A DNA stretch of 64,000 nucleotides, taken from the NCBI GenBank assembly GCA_026418655.1, contig JAOAAW010000063.1, positions 9,835 through 73,834 on the forward strand, in the 5' to 3' direction. Positions 45,579-55,340 of the stretch are shown in pieces; position 1 is the stretch's first letter, and every line of letters starts with the position of its first letter. A program made the translations under genes and the position numbers. This DNA is from a bacterium (GTDB lineage Bacteria; Ratteibacteria; UBA8468; B48-G9; DTJG01). The notes below the pieces were generated by a model. The model did no database searches and was not told the origin of the DNA. It saw only the letters and a list, made by a program, of their open reading frames with translations.

Positions 45579-46436
45579 ATGAAGGAAAAGGCGATTGTTT
45601 TCGATTTTGATGGTCCTCTGATTGGTAGTGGACAGGACAAGGCAGTTCACATCCTTTTCTCAGCATTTGTTGCATGCTGGGATACAGGTTTCAGGGTTTT
45701 TTTGCATCCCGAAAATCTTGAGTTAGACCTTGAAAAAATGGTTAAAGGTCTTATCAATTATCCTGGTGCTCCGCGATTTCAACAACTTTCAGCAATAATC
45801 AGCTGCATAGTAAGGGATATTCCTCAAGCAATAAAAGATCCATCAGAACTCAAAATAGATGAAAATCTTCAAAAGGAATATCAGAAACTCAAAGAAAGGT
45901 ACAATCAGTTTTATTCTTCCCTCAATGATGCAGCAGCAAAACTTTACTGGAAACCCCTGGATGGAATCAAAGAGATTATTGAAGAACTGGTGAAAGATTA
46001 TGACTTGTATGTTGCTTCAGGTATTATTCAGGAAATCCTTGAGAAGGATTTTAACCATCATGGGTTTGACAGAAAAATTTTTTCAGGAATTTTTGGAAGC
46101 AATCCAGCAGGAGATATTGATAAAGCAAAGATACTTGAAAAAATAAAGAACAAGGGCTATAAAGATGTCCTTTTTATTGGAGATTCAAAAAAAGATTTTG
46201 AGTATGCAAAGGCCACAGGCATCAAATTTTACAGAATAAAAACAGCCACGGATTATAAAAAGTTGATGAATGAAATAAAAAATGGTTTGCCCAATCAGAA
46301 TGAAATATGCGAATTCACTGAGGAGGAACTTGAAACAATAAAATCAAAGGTAATTTCTCTTATGAAATTTTATGTTCAAGGAAAAAATCTCTCGTTTGAG
46401 GAAATAACAACTTTTATAAACACAGGCAAATTATAA
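45579..46436 (+). CDS. HAD-like hydrolase
   Basis: AIVFDFDGPL motif I and FIGDSKKDFEYAKATG motif III/IV. Confidence 0.6.
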   Translation: MKEKAIVFDFDGPLIGSGQDKAVHILFSAFVACWDTGFRVFLHPENLELDLEKMVKGLINYPGAPRFQQLSAIISCIVRDIPQAIKDPSELKIDENLQKEYQKLKERYNQFYSSLNDAAAKLYWKPLDGIKEIIEELVKDYDLYVASGIIQEILEKDFNHHGFDRKIFSGIFGSNPAGDIDKAKILEKIKNKGYKDVLFIGDSKKDFEYAKATGIKFYRIKTATDYKKLMNEIKNGLPNQNEICEFTEEELETIKSKVISLMKFYVQGKNLSFEEITTFINTGKL

Positions 46437-46438
46437 AA

Positions 46439-47371
46439 TCATGTTCTCAATGGAGACCGTTCTATAATCCCATGTTCCAGTGGCTTATTCTTCAAAACTT
46501 CATTCGGACCATAAAATCCCTTGCTTATTCTGCAGAGTGAATAAAAAATTGTGTTTGGACCAACAAACACTCCAGGGTCAGATACTGAATTGCAGCCAAC
46601 CTGAGACCAATCACCGAGGATAATTCCTATCTTGGGTCTCCCTATATCATATTTTTTATCGCCAAGGTCTATTACAACATTTTTCTTTCCAAAAATCCCT
46701 GCATATATTCCAAGATTTGCGGTGGTTGCCTGATTGCCAAAATGGGTGGCATAGCCACAGATACTGTCTCCAACATACGAAGGGTGAGGAAAATTTGCTT
46801 TATCCATCATTACACCATTTTTTATTTCTCCTCTGAAAGTACCGCCATCACCAATTATTACATCTCCCCTTAAATATGTTCCCTGCCTTATCTCGTTTTT
46901 GTTTCCAATGATTGTTGGTCCTTTTATGCCTGTACCTGGTTCAATGGAATTGTTTTCTCCGATATAAATATCTCCCTCATCAAGGAAAATATTACTTCCA
47001 GCAAGAATTGTGTTCTTGCCAACAAAAAGGGACCTTTTTTCTTTGGTACTTCCCTTTATAAATGCTGGCTCAAAAACTGCTCCATCCTCAACATAAATGA
47101 CAAAATCTCCAATGCATTTTCCCCTGAAATTTTCTGGACCTAAAAGATTCACATTGCCTGCATTTATTTTTTGTGAAATTGCATTTTCAATCCATCTGCA
47201 CGCGTACGGATGTATTGCATCAAGAACCGCAATAACTGAATTGATTTCAGGACCTGAGAAAAGATCCTGATGTCTGAAAGGATATTTGTTGAAATCAAAA
47301 TAAAATTCGACTCTTAACCTTTCAGGTATATCATTTTTTGCTAGATTTTTAAGATTAATTATCTCTGCCAT
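46439..47371 (-). CDS. left-handed beta-helix (hexapeptide-repeat) protein
   Basis: Repeating hexapeptide-like I/V-G-x-x-x-x units through the C-terminal two thirds (IGENNSIEPGTGIKGPTIIGNKNEIRQGTYLRGDVIIGDGGTF...). The N-terminal ~100 aa are unassigned. Confidence 0.5.
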   Translation of the reverse strand: MAEIINLKNLAKNDIPERLRVEFYFDFNKYPFRHQDLFSGPEINSVIAVLDAIHPYACRWIENAISQKINAGNVNLLGPENFRGKCIGDFVIYVEDGAVFEPAFIKGSTKEKRSLFVGKNTILAGSNIFLDEGDIYIGENNSIEPGTGIKGPTIIGNKNEIRQGTYLRGDVIIGDGGTFRGEIKNGVMMDKANFPHPSYVGDSICGYATHFGNQATTANLGIYAGIFGKKNVVIDLGDKKYDIGRPKIGIILGDWSQVGCNSVSDPGVFVGPNTIFYSLCRISKGFYGPNEVLKNKPLEHGIIERSPLRT

Positions 47372-47405
47372 TTTTGCTCCTTGTTAAGTTTGACTATAAT
47401 ATAAT

Positions 47406-48425
47406 ATGAGTTGTGGAAAATTGCAAGAAAAGATCAAAAAGATGAAGCAAATTGATATCACCAGAGCGCTTTTGTTACTCCACAGAAGGGTTGTAAAAGA
47501 GCTGAAAAAGGAGGACCTCTTTAAAAAGGTTGTCCCTACGATACGGAAGATTGTGAAGTGCGATGGTTGCGCGATACTACTGGTGGAAAATGGGAAAATT
47601 TCAGTTGCTGCATGTACAGGTTTTTCTAAAAATTTAAGAAGCATGAAACTCAGCTCCTTGTTCTGGCCTATCAGCCATATCCTTAAAACCGGAAAAGGAT
47701 TGTTTGTTCAGGATATTAAAAACTCAAGGTTTGGTGGATGCCTTCCTGAAAACTGTGAAATGAAGGCAATAATGTGTGTTCCTGTTAAACTGAATGGCAG
47801 GGTTGCTGGCATAATTCATCTTGACTCAAAAAAGGCAGATGCTTTTACTACAAAAGATTTTGATTTTGTAAAACTCATTTCTTCAGAATTATCTTCAATT
47901 ATTGAAAGAAGTCTTCTCTATTCAGAGGTTGAACAGCTTTCAATAAAAGATCACTTAACAGGCTGCTATAACAGAAGAAATCTTTACCATGATCTCAAAA
48001 AGAGAATTGAGGAATGCAGAAGATATAAAAAAGTTTTTTCTGTTATTATGATAGATTTTGACAATTTCAAAAAATATAATGACAGGTTTGGTCACAGTAG
48101 AGGAGATGCTCTTCTGAAATCCATCTGTGGAAAACTGCGAAAGATTTTAAGAAAAGCCGATTCAATCTACAGATACGGTGGAGACGAATTTGTTGTTTTA
48201 CTTCCTGAAACAAACAAGGATGGTGCAAGAGTGTGCGCAAAGAGGCTTGAAGAAAATATAGAAAAAATGAACAAAAGAATTGACGAAAATACAAAAATTA
48301 CCCTCAGTACAGGTGTTGCAGGTTATCCGGAAGATGGTTCAACGCCTGCATCCCTGATAAAAATTGCTGATAGACAGATGTATAAAAATAAGGCTGCCAA
48401 AAAATCTGCGCAGGGTCTTATCTGA
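47406..48425 (+). CDS. GAF-domain diguanylate cyclase (GGDEF)
   Basis: GAF-like N-terminal region, then a GGDEF domain with YRYGGDEFVVLLPET and an RxxD-like motif. The true start may be the Met at 47442. Confidence 0.85.
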   Translation: MSCGKLQEKIKKMKQIDITRALLLLHRRVVKELKKEDLFKKVVPTIRKIVKCDGCAILLVENGKISVAACTGFSKNLRSMKLSSLFWPISHILKTGKGLFVQDIKNSRFGGCLPENCEMKAIMCVPVKLNGRVAGIIHLDSKKADAFTTKDFDFVKLISSELSSIIERSLLYSEVEQLSIKDHLTGCYNRRNLYHDLKKRIEECRRYKKVFSVIMIDFDNFKKYNDRFGHSRGDALLKSICGKLRKILRKADSIYRYGGDEFVVLLPETNKDGARVCAKRLEENIEKMNKRIDENTKITLSTGVAGYPEDGSTPASLIKIADRQMYKNKAAKKSAQGLI

Positions 48426-49341
48426 TTTCACACTCTTTAATTTTACCAAGAACCTTTTGATGTAGTTCTGGGTTTGTTGAAACAACCACATCAAGAACTG
48501 TTTTTACATTATCACTGCATCGGACTTTATTTCCATTAAAATCTGTCACGACTACCTCTGCCTGCTGGGCAATAAATATTCCTGAAAAAACATCCACAAA
48601 TGGCTGTTTCATTGCAAAATAAACATCAATCTTTCCCTCAGCAACATCAACAAATCCGTATGGTCCACCATTTGGTAGGAAAAACTTAAAGGGAAGCAAG
48701 AGTTCTCTGTATTTATCAACCAGTGGAATGAGAAATTTCTTTGGTTTCATCGCATATGATTCAATGCTTGCACCATCCATTTCTACCACATCGGGTCTGC
48801 CCATCTGCTGCCTGTATTTTCTATCAAGTTTTACTTCCTTGGTAATTCTGCCTCCTTCAACATCTGCAAGATATGCACCTTCTTTCCAGGCATAAGCAAT
48901 CTTTCCAGCGACACAATCTCCAACACAGCAACACACAGGATTGAAATTTTTATCATAAAATGCGACCGAGCTGTACCAGAAATCCTTTATGCCATGCTTG
49001 AAAAGATAACTTCCATCAAATGGGTCGCAGACAGCATACAGAATATCTCCTGGTTTATCAGTGTTTATTTCCACCCTTCCTGCTTCTTCTGAAAGAAGTA
49101 TCACCGGTCTACCCCAATCTTCAAGCCTCTTTTTGTATGTGTTCTCAGTATCTTTATCAACCTTCAAAATGTCTGGGTCCCAGCTTTTGTACTCTCCGAG
49201 TCGTTTTTCAACTTCTTCCCAGCCAATGTTTTTGTCACTGAGATCTTTTACTATCTCAAGTCCCTCTGAAACCAGTGCAAGGTTGAATGCAAGAATTTCA
49301 TCCTTTTGAGAAAAATTTTCAAGCCTCTTTTTAAAATCCAT
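48418..49341 (-). CDS. inositol-monophosphatase/FBPase-superfamily protein (tentative)
   Basis: LLSEEAG and CDPFDGS resemble IMPase metal-binding motifs. Assignment tentative. Confidence 0.45.
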   Translation of the reverse strand: MDFKKRLENFSQKDEILAFNLALVSEGLEIVKDLSDKNIGWEEVEKRLGEYKSWDPDILKVDKDTENTYKKRLEDWGRPVILLSEEAGRVEINTDKPGDILYAVCDPFDGSYLFKHGIKDFWYSSVAFYDKNFNPVCCCVGDCVAGKIAYAWKEGAYLADVEGGRITKEVKLDRKYRQQMGRPDVVEMDGASIESYAMKPKKFLIPLVDKYRELLLPFKFFLPNGGPYGFVDVAEGKIDVYFAMKQPFVDVFSGIFIAQQAEVVVTDFNGNKVRCSDNVKTVLDVVVSTNPELHQKVLGKIKECEIR

Positions 49342-49355
49342 CGTCTCCCCCTTTT

Positions 49356-50546
49356 TCAGTGTTCATATTGACAGATTTCTGGATTTTCCTGCCACATACC
49401 ACCATCGGCATAACTTCTTCTTTGCCAGCGATAGTATAATTTTTTTGAAAGAAAAAAGCAATTTGTTATAAGCGTATAACCTGTAAGCCCCTGGTTTGGA
49501 TGGAGTCTTAAACCATCTTTTCTCAATCCTTCAGGGTAGGGTGTGATAAAAAGTTTTATTATATCTCTGGCTGCTGGTTTTTTTCCAAGATTTCTCAGTT
49601 TTTCTCTCAATATTGTTTCAAGATTATTACAGGTATCCCAGAAAAGTGCGTCAGGTCCATCATCAGGAAGGTTGAAAAACTTTCTATAAAGCAATCTCTG
49701 CTTTCTCTGATATTTCGCCTGTGGTGATTCAGGATTCCTGCATACCAAACCGCTGATATGCGTAAAATGTACCTTCTCATCTTGCCTGAAAGCTTCAAAA
49801 TAGTTTCTGCTGCATTTTTCTATCGCCACACTATTGTATTTCCTATCATAAATCAAAATATTGGCACCGCCCCAGAACAAAGAATATTTTTTGAGAAATT
49901 CCAAGGCCGACAATGTATCACTGGCATAATGGTATACCATCTCATAAACAGGTAGGGGAAAAATCTCTTCTGGTTCATCATCAATGTGTAATCCAGAACC
50001 AACCCCATCCATTACAAAAGGTTTTCCGTACCATGGTGCATTTGAAATGTGGTCCTTTGATGGAAGTGGTGGTGCTGGTTTCCAGTAGGTTATCGGGTCA
50101 TCAACATTTTTTATATGCATGGGTCCCATATCAGTATCAGGCAAAAAAGCAACCCTACATTTTTCGTCTGAAGAACTTTTCCTTAAACCAAATTCTCTGT
50201 ATCCACGAAATGTCAGATAATCATTTACACTTCTTAGAATTGCCATGTCCCGCAATGTTAGAGAAGCATATTCCATCAAATATTTATCACGTTTCAACAC
50301 AAACTCAACCCAGTTCTTAGATTCTGGATATTTTGTAAATGAGGGGCTTTTTGACATGGCTTCTTTGTAGTAATCTTCTACCCCTGCCAGGATATCTTCT
50401 TTTTTCACCCATGGAGCATCAGCAACTATCCTTTCAATGCCTGCTTCCAGATAGTAAGGGCGGTCCGCATTTATTCTTTTTGCCTCCTGCGCGGCAACAA
50501 TCTCGGGGTCTGGTATTTCAGGTTTCAAAATTTTATTATCCCACAT
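49356..50546 (-). CDS. hypothetical protein (396 aa)
   Basis: Uninterrupted ORF in an operon-like arrangement with the flanking genes. No family assignable. Confidence 0.5.
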   Translation of the reverse strand: MWDNKILKPEIPDPEIVAAQEAKRINADRPYYLEAGIERIVADAPWVKKEDILAGVEDYYKEAMSKSPSFTKYPESKNWVEFVLKRDKYLMEYASLTLRDMAILRSVNDYLTFRGYREFGLRKSSSDEKCRVAFLPDTDMGPMHIKNVDDPITYWKPAPPLPSKDHISNAPWYGKPFVMDGVGSGLHIDDEPEEIFPLPVYEMVYHYASDTLSALEFLKKYSLFWGGANILIYDRKYNSVAIEKCSRNYFEAFRQDEKVHFTHISGLVCRNPESPQAKYQRKQRLLYRKFFNLPDDGPDALFWDTCNNLETILREKLRNLGKKPAARDIIKLFITPYPEGLRKDGLRLHPNQGLTGYTLITNCFFLSKKLYYRWQRRSYADGGMWQENPEICQYEH

Positions 50547-50557
50547 AAAAACTTCTT

Positions 50558-53539
50558 TTATCTGATTATCACTGCATCTGCTATATCTAAATCAAAATGT
50601 ATTTCTGTTTTTTCCTGTGAAAAATTAATTTCTTTTATTGGTCTTCCGCTGGCAAGAGATATTTTCCTATTTTTTAAATTCATTTTGAATTCCAGAATTG
50701 CACCGTTGATACTCTGGTTACTCCAGTTAATCAAAGGAATAACCATACCCTCTTTTGATTCAATAACTGTGGTTTCAATAAAACCAAGCTCATTACCATT
50801 TTTATCTCTGACAAAACTTACTGGATTTCCTGAAACCGCAGATTTAACCAGAAAACCTATATTCTTTTCAAAATCTACCGGGATAAAATGCGCCATCGCA
50901 TCATCAGTGGAACCCCTGTCTACAGGTTTGAGTGGTATTGCTGGTTTGAAATAGCTGATGCCTGGAAGAAATGCACAATAAATTATTTTACCCCTGCCAT
51001 ACTCCACATTAATAATGGCTGGCAATCCATCAGAAAATCTTCCAATTGTTTTGAAAGTACCCGGTTTAATCTTGCATACGGCACCGTATACCGGTATTGA
51101 AACCTTTTTACCTTCTATTTCAACAATCTCAGTAATCGGTCTTGCAAAAGGCAGGTCCTGTTTTTCAAACTCAATCCTGCTTTCGGGCAGTTCCAATATT
51201 TCCTGTTGAATTCCGAGCATTTGCTGGAATACTTCGTTTCTTCTATTATACTGGTCGAACATTCCAGCACCTGCTGTTAAAAAAAGTGTTCCACCATTTT
51301 TAACCCAATCTGCAATTTTCTTTGAAGCATCAAGGGAAATATGTCTATCTGTGATAAAGATTGTTTTATATTTTTCTATCGTGCCATCAAGGGCGTCCTG
51401 TTCAACAATAAAATCCAGGGGTATCTGATTATTACGAATGGTTATATAAAGCGTCCGTTTTTCTGCTGCAAATGGACCGTTGTTGTCATCCCAGATATCA
51501 GCGGTTTCGCTAAACCACAATGCTGACTCTGCCTGCCTGACATACCCATTTTGCACAATATCTTCAAAAAGCCCATACTCTCTGAAACTTCTCAGGACCA
51601 TTTCATACATCTCAGGATTTGTAACATGATTTTCTGTATATGCGAGCCAGACAGGTTGAAACTCAAAAAGATTGAAAATCTTTGCTCCATGGGAAATTGC
51701 AGCAAAAAACTGCCTTTTCCACATATTAGGTGTATTACCTGGCCAGTGCGGCATGACATAATAGTGGATTAATCTATCCGGCTTACCTCTAATAGCGCAA
51801 AGAAACATATCAAGATTTATCTCATTCATCTGAGGACTGCCCACAGGTATTTGCCAGATATAATCTTCTGACCAAGGCATTGTTAAACCATCCTCTCTGA
51901 AACAGTTTATCCATTGAAATACTTCTCCAAGATAAGAGTGTGCATAGCCACCATGGTGCGGTGAAAAATTTGCTCCAATCCCTGCGTTTGGCAGGTATTT
52001 TCTCAAAACATCTGTTAGTTCCTTAGTTTTCTGTATTCCATAGTAATTCCTGAATCTCTTTGACCAGTAAAATAAGGCAGGGTTTGTTTCCTTTATTTTC
52101 GGATCAGGATTGTAAATAATCTTGCTCCAATCTCCTGAGGGCTCAATATCCTGTGGGTTTACCTTCTGCGACTTTAAATATTCTGCAAAACCCTCTCTGG
52201 CCGCCTTTGCATCAGGAACAGGCAGTTGTATCTCATCTCCCAGACTTACCACCCTGATATTTTTTCTCTGGTCTGGAGAAAGGTTCTGACATACAGATTC
52301 AAGCTGGGATGCGTTTTTATCCCTCCAGTCGACATAAACATCTCCTTCTGTAGTAAAAAGACCGAAAAGTTTCGGGAATTCCTTTATTGATGTTGAGGCA
52401 AAGATTAAGGTTTTTTCGGGTGTTTTGCCGTGTGTTTTCAAACTCCTGAGGTATCCTGTAAGCTGGTTTACTTCTTCCTGCGGGGTTGAAATTTTTTTAC
52501 TGTATCTTGTGTCTGCAAATCCTACAAGACTCAGATTACCGGTTTGTGTTATTCTGTATTCTTTAATTTTCTCAATCTTTCCTGAAGCATTTTTTACACC
52601 AAACTCTATGGTGCAGCTTCCTTCTATAGAAAACCCCCATTGTCCATCATTCAAACTATCCATTGTAGAACCAACCTCAACCCACTCTGTTGTTTGCCCT
52701 GCCTCCACAGAAATATTTATTGGTTTCCAGTTTCTCATATGAACCCAGTAAGGAGAATGCTGCTGAAAAGGACCACCAGGAAAGGACAGGCTTTTTACAA
52801 TTACCTTTTCTTTACCTGTATTTATTACCCTCATCCACACATCACCTGCCTGAGTAAGCCATCCATCAAGCGGCAGATAACCTTCTTTTTCAATTCTATT
52901 CATCACCTGCTGATGGTCTTTTGTCAGCATTATGATATCCACATTTCTTTTAGCGGCTGGCTCTGGTTGTTTTGACGCTATCAATGAAATTTTTGCACTG
53001 CCACTGTTTAATCTCACCGTTGCATCATGACCCTCCCATACAATATTTTCAACAGCACCCCAGCTCCACGCTACTTCTTTTTTAAGTTTTTCACCGAAAG
53101 CCCATATCCTCAGATTATCCCTTGAGCCATACAGTCTATCCATCAAAACCTTTCCATCCTGCTCTATTTTTATTCTGAACTGTGTCTCAAACCTGTAAGG
53201 TGCCTCATATCTTGCAAGAACAAGATATTCGCCTGCCTGGTCAACATTTATATTAATACTTGCTACAGATTCATCACATTGTTCAGGTGCTTGGAGAAAC
53301 GCTTTTCTAGAAAGAAAGGTATTGGCAAATGTCGCGGCAAAATAGTTTTCACCCCAGTTTCTTGCCTTCCAGAGTCCTTTTTCAACCCTGAATTCTTCTG
53401 CTTCGCAGAATATTGTTCCATCCGGTGCAACTATTACAGGTTCGTTATTGCTTCTAAACTTCTGTGCTGGATGCGTATCAGACATTAGATTTATTACAAA
53501 TGCCGCCAGAACAAAAAAAATAATAAAACTTACTCTCAT
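50558..53539 (-). CDS. large secreted hypothetical protein (993 aa) with TIM-barrel-like and GATase1/beta-galactosidase-trimerisation-like regions
   Basis: Signal peptide MRVSFIIFFVLAAFVINLMS. The internal NGGTLFLTAGAGMFD resembles the class I glutamine-amidotransferase-like fold of GH42 trimerisation domains. No firm family. Confidence 0.5.
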   Translation of the reverse strand: MRVSFIIFFVLAAFVINLMSDTHPAQKFRSNNEPVIVAPDGTIFCEAEEFRVEKGLWKARNWGENYFAATFANTFLSRKAFLQAPEQCDESVASININVDQAGEYLVLARYEAPYRFETQFRIKIEQDGKVLMDRLYGSRDNLRIWAFGEKLKKEVAWSWGAVENIVWEGHDATVRLNSGSAKISLIASKQPEPAAKRNVDIIMLTKDHQQVMNRIEKEGYLPLDGWLTQAGDVWMRVINTGKEKVIVKSLSFPGGPFQQHSPYWVHMRNWKPINISVEAGQTTEWVEVGSTMDSLNDGQWGFSIEGSCTIEFGVKNASGKIEKIKEYRITQTGNLSLVGFADTRYSKKISTPQEEVNQLTGYLRSLKTHGKTPEKTLIFASTSIKEFPKLFGLFTTEGDVYVDWRDKNASQLESVCQNLSPDQRKNIRVVSLGDEIQLPVPDAKAAREGFAEYLKSQKVNPQDIEPSGDWSKIIYNPDPKIKETNPALFYWSKRFRNYYGIQKTKELTDVLRKYLPNAGIGANFSPHHGGYAHSYLGEVFQWINCFREDGLTMPWSEDYIWQIPVGSPQMNEINLDMFLCAIRGKPDRLIHYYVMPHWPGNTPNMWKRQFFAAISHGAKIFNLFEFQPVWLAYTENHVTNPEMYEMVLRSFREYGLFEDIVQNGYVRQAESALWFSETADIWDDNNGPFAAEKRTLYITIRNNQIPLDFIVEQDALDGTIEKYKTIFITDRHISLDASKKIADWVKNGGTLFLTAGAGMFDQYNRRNEVFQQMLGIQQEILELPESRIEFEKQDLPFARPITEIVEIEGKKVSIPVYGAVCKIKPGTFKTIGRFSDGLPAIINVEYGRGKIIYCAFLPGISYFKPAIPLKPVDRGSTDDAMAHFIPVDFEKNIGFLVKSAVSGNPVSFVRDKNGNELGFIETTVIESKEGMVIPLINWSNQSINGAILEFKMNLKNRKISLASGRPIKEINFSQEKTEIHFDLDIADAVIIR

Positions 53540-53542
53540 CTT

Positions 53543-54427
53543 TCACCTCTCTTTTGTATCCCACATTTTGGAAAAATTCAACCACTGGTCTGGATATTTC
53601 ATAATATACTTTTCAAGATATCTCGCTCCCTGCTCAACAAGAGATTGAACTTTTTGCTGTTCATCAGTATCGGGCATCTCCATGGGTCTATCAAAAACAA
53701 GCATATATTTTCCCCTTTTTTTCCTGATTAAGAACCCTGCAAGATATCCTGCATTACACTTCACCGCCAAAGTCGCTGGACCACGTGGAAGAAAAGTATC
53801 TTTTCCCATAAATTTTACACAGATTCCTTTTTCTGTAAATAATCTGTCTCCAAGTATCGCAATGACACCATTTTTTTTCAAAGCCCTCAGATACTCCTTG
53901 GGATTTGCGCCGGTGAGTATTACATTTACTCCTTTGCTTTTTCGCCTTCTGACAAAAACTAATGCTATTTTTTCATTTTTAAAAGGAAGGGCTACTGCTG
54001 AAAGATTGTATCCAAGCAAACTTGTTACTACTCCCGCAAGCTCCCAGTTTCCAAGGTGCGCTGTAAGTACAATTGCACCTTTTGATTTTTCAAGAACATG
54101 GTCAAGATAATGGATATTAACAACCTCTACCTTTTTTTGTACCATTTCTCTGTTCCACTTCGGTATCTGAAAAAATTCTACCATGTAGATACCAAAATTT
54201 CTATAAATTCTTTTCACAATTTTTTTTAGTAATTTTTCATCAAAATCTATATTATGTGTTTGTTGCCTGTAAATAAGAACCTGCCTGATGTTGCCGGTGA
54301 TAATTTTTTTAAGTACCGGGCAGAACCAGTATCTTAATTCAGCAATGGTGTTACCAATAAAATAGGCAAACCATTCGGGCAAATGCATACCGAGAAAGCA
54401 AAAAAACCTGTATAGCAGGTATTCCAT
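53543..54427 (-). CDS. lipid A biosynthesis (Kdo)2-lipid IVA acyltransferase family protein (LpxL/HtrB-like)
   Basis: N-terminal membrane anchor. HLGNWE (HX4E-type motif of lysophospholipid/lipid A acyltransferases) and the overall HtrB-like pattern. Confidence 0.6.
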   Translation of the reverse strand: MEYLLYRFFCFLGMHLPEWFAYFIGNTIAELRYWFCPVLKKIITGNIRQVLIYRQQTHNIDFDEKLLKKIVKRIYRNFGIYMVEFFQIPKWNREMVQKKVEVVNIHYLDHVLEKSKGAIVLTAHLGNWELAGVVTSLLGYNLSAVALPFKNEKIALVFVRRRKSKGVNVILTGANPKEYLRALKKNGVIAILGDRLFTEKGICVKFMGKDTFLPRGPATLAVKCNAGYLAGFLIRKKRGKYMLVFDRPMEMPDTDEQQKVQSLVEQGARYLEKYIMKYPDQWLNFSKMWDTKER

Positions 54428-54436
54428 CTGAAAAAT

Positions 54437-55030
54437 TCAAGCTTTGAATCTATGTTCTATTGACTTTCTGAGTGTTTCCGCATCAACAAATTCAAGTTCT
54501 GAACCGACTGGAATGCCTGTTGCAAGCCGGCTTACTGGACAGTTATATTTCTTTAGTAGTTCTATCAGGTAAAGAGCAGTTGATTCGCCCTCTGGTGTTG
54601 GATTTGTTGCTATAATAATCTCTGAAACTTCTTCTTTCTTTAGCCTTTCAAGTAATCTTGATATTGAAAGGTTTTCAGGTCCTATTTTTTCTAGTGGATC
54701 TATTCTTCCACCAAGTACATGGTACTTTCCCCGAAAACCTGCTCTTTCCAGAGCCACCGCATCCTTGTATTCCTCAACGATAGCAATCTTGTTTTCCCTT
54801 GATAGATCCTTGCAGACATCACATAACTCGCTGTCTGAGATTAAATAGCAGTTCCTGCATACTTTCACATCCTCCCTTAATTTTTTCAGGTTTTCAGCAA
54901 ATGACATCAGCTCTTCTTTTTCCATTCTCAGAAAAAACTCAACAATTCTTTCTGCACTCTTTGTTCCTATACCTGGCAGCTTTTTCAGCTGCTCAATGAT
55001 AGTTGCTATGATCTTTGGATATGTTTCCAT
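54437..55030 (-). CDS. recR: recombination protein RecR
   Basis: C4 zinc finger (CRNCYLISDSELCDVC) followed by a Toprim domain. Confidence 0.9.
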   Translation of the reverse strand: METYPKIIATIIEQLKKLPGIGTKSAERIVEFFLRMEKEELMSFAENLKKLREDVKVCRNCYLISDSELCDVCKDLSRENKIAIVEEYKDAVALERAGFRGKYHVLGGRIDPLEKIGPENLSISRLLERLKKEEVSEIIIATNPTPEGESTALYLIELLKKYNCPVSRLATGIPVGSELEFVDAETLRKSIEHRFKA

Positions 55031-55031
55031 A

Positions 55032-55340
55032 TTAGAATGGTAAATTACCTAAATCACCCAGCATATTTTTTGTTTCTTCCTGGATAATTTTCTCAATCTC
55101 TTTTTGTGCTCTCTGCCATAATTGAAGAAGTGCCTTTTCCAGTACGGTTTTATTCTCGGCATATAGCATGTCAGGAGAGATATCTATATAAAGTAATTCC
55201 ATCTTTCCATTCACTTTTATCTTTATTTTTCCATCAGGAGATGAAACTTCACACACTCTTCCTTCAAGAATTTTCTGAAATCTTCCTGCCTGCTTTCTCA
55301 ATTGACCTGCCTGCTTCAGCATTTCAAATATATTAGCCAT
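55032..55340 (-). CDS. ybaB: nucleoid-associated protein YbaB/EbfC
   Basis: MANIFEMLKQAGQLRKQAGRFQKILEG...GKIKIKVNGKMELLYIDI. Start set at the internal Met, 8 nt overlap with dnaX. Confidence 0.85.
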   Translation of the reverse strand: MANIFEMLKQAGQLRKQAGRFQKILEGRVCEVSSPDGKIKIKVNGKMELLYIDISPDMLYAENKTVLEKALLQLWQRAQKEIEKIIQEETKNMLGDLGNLPF

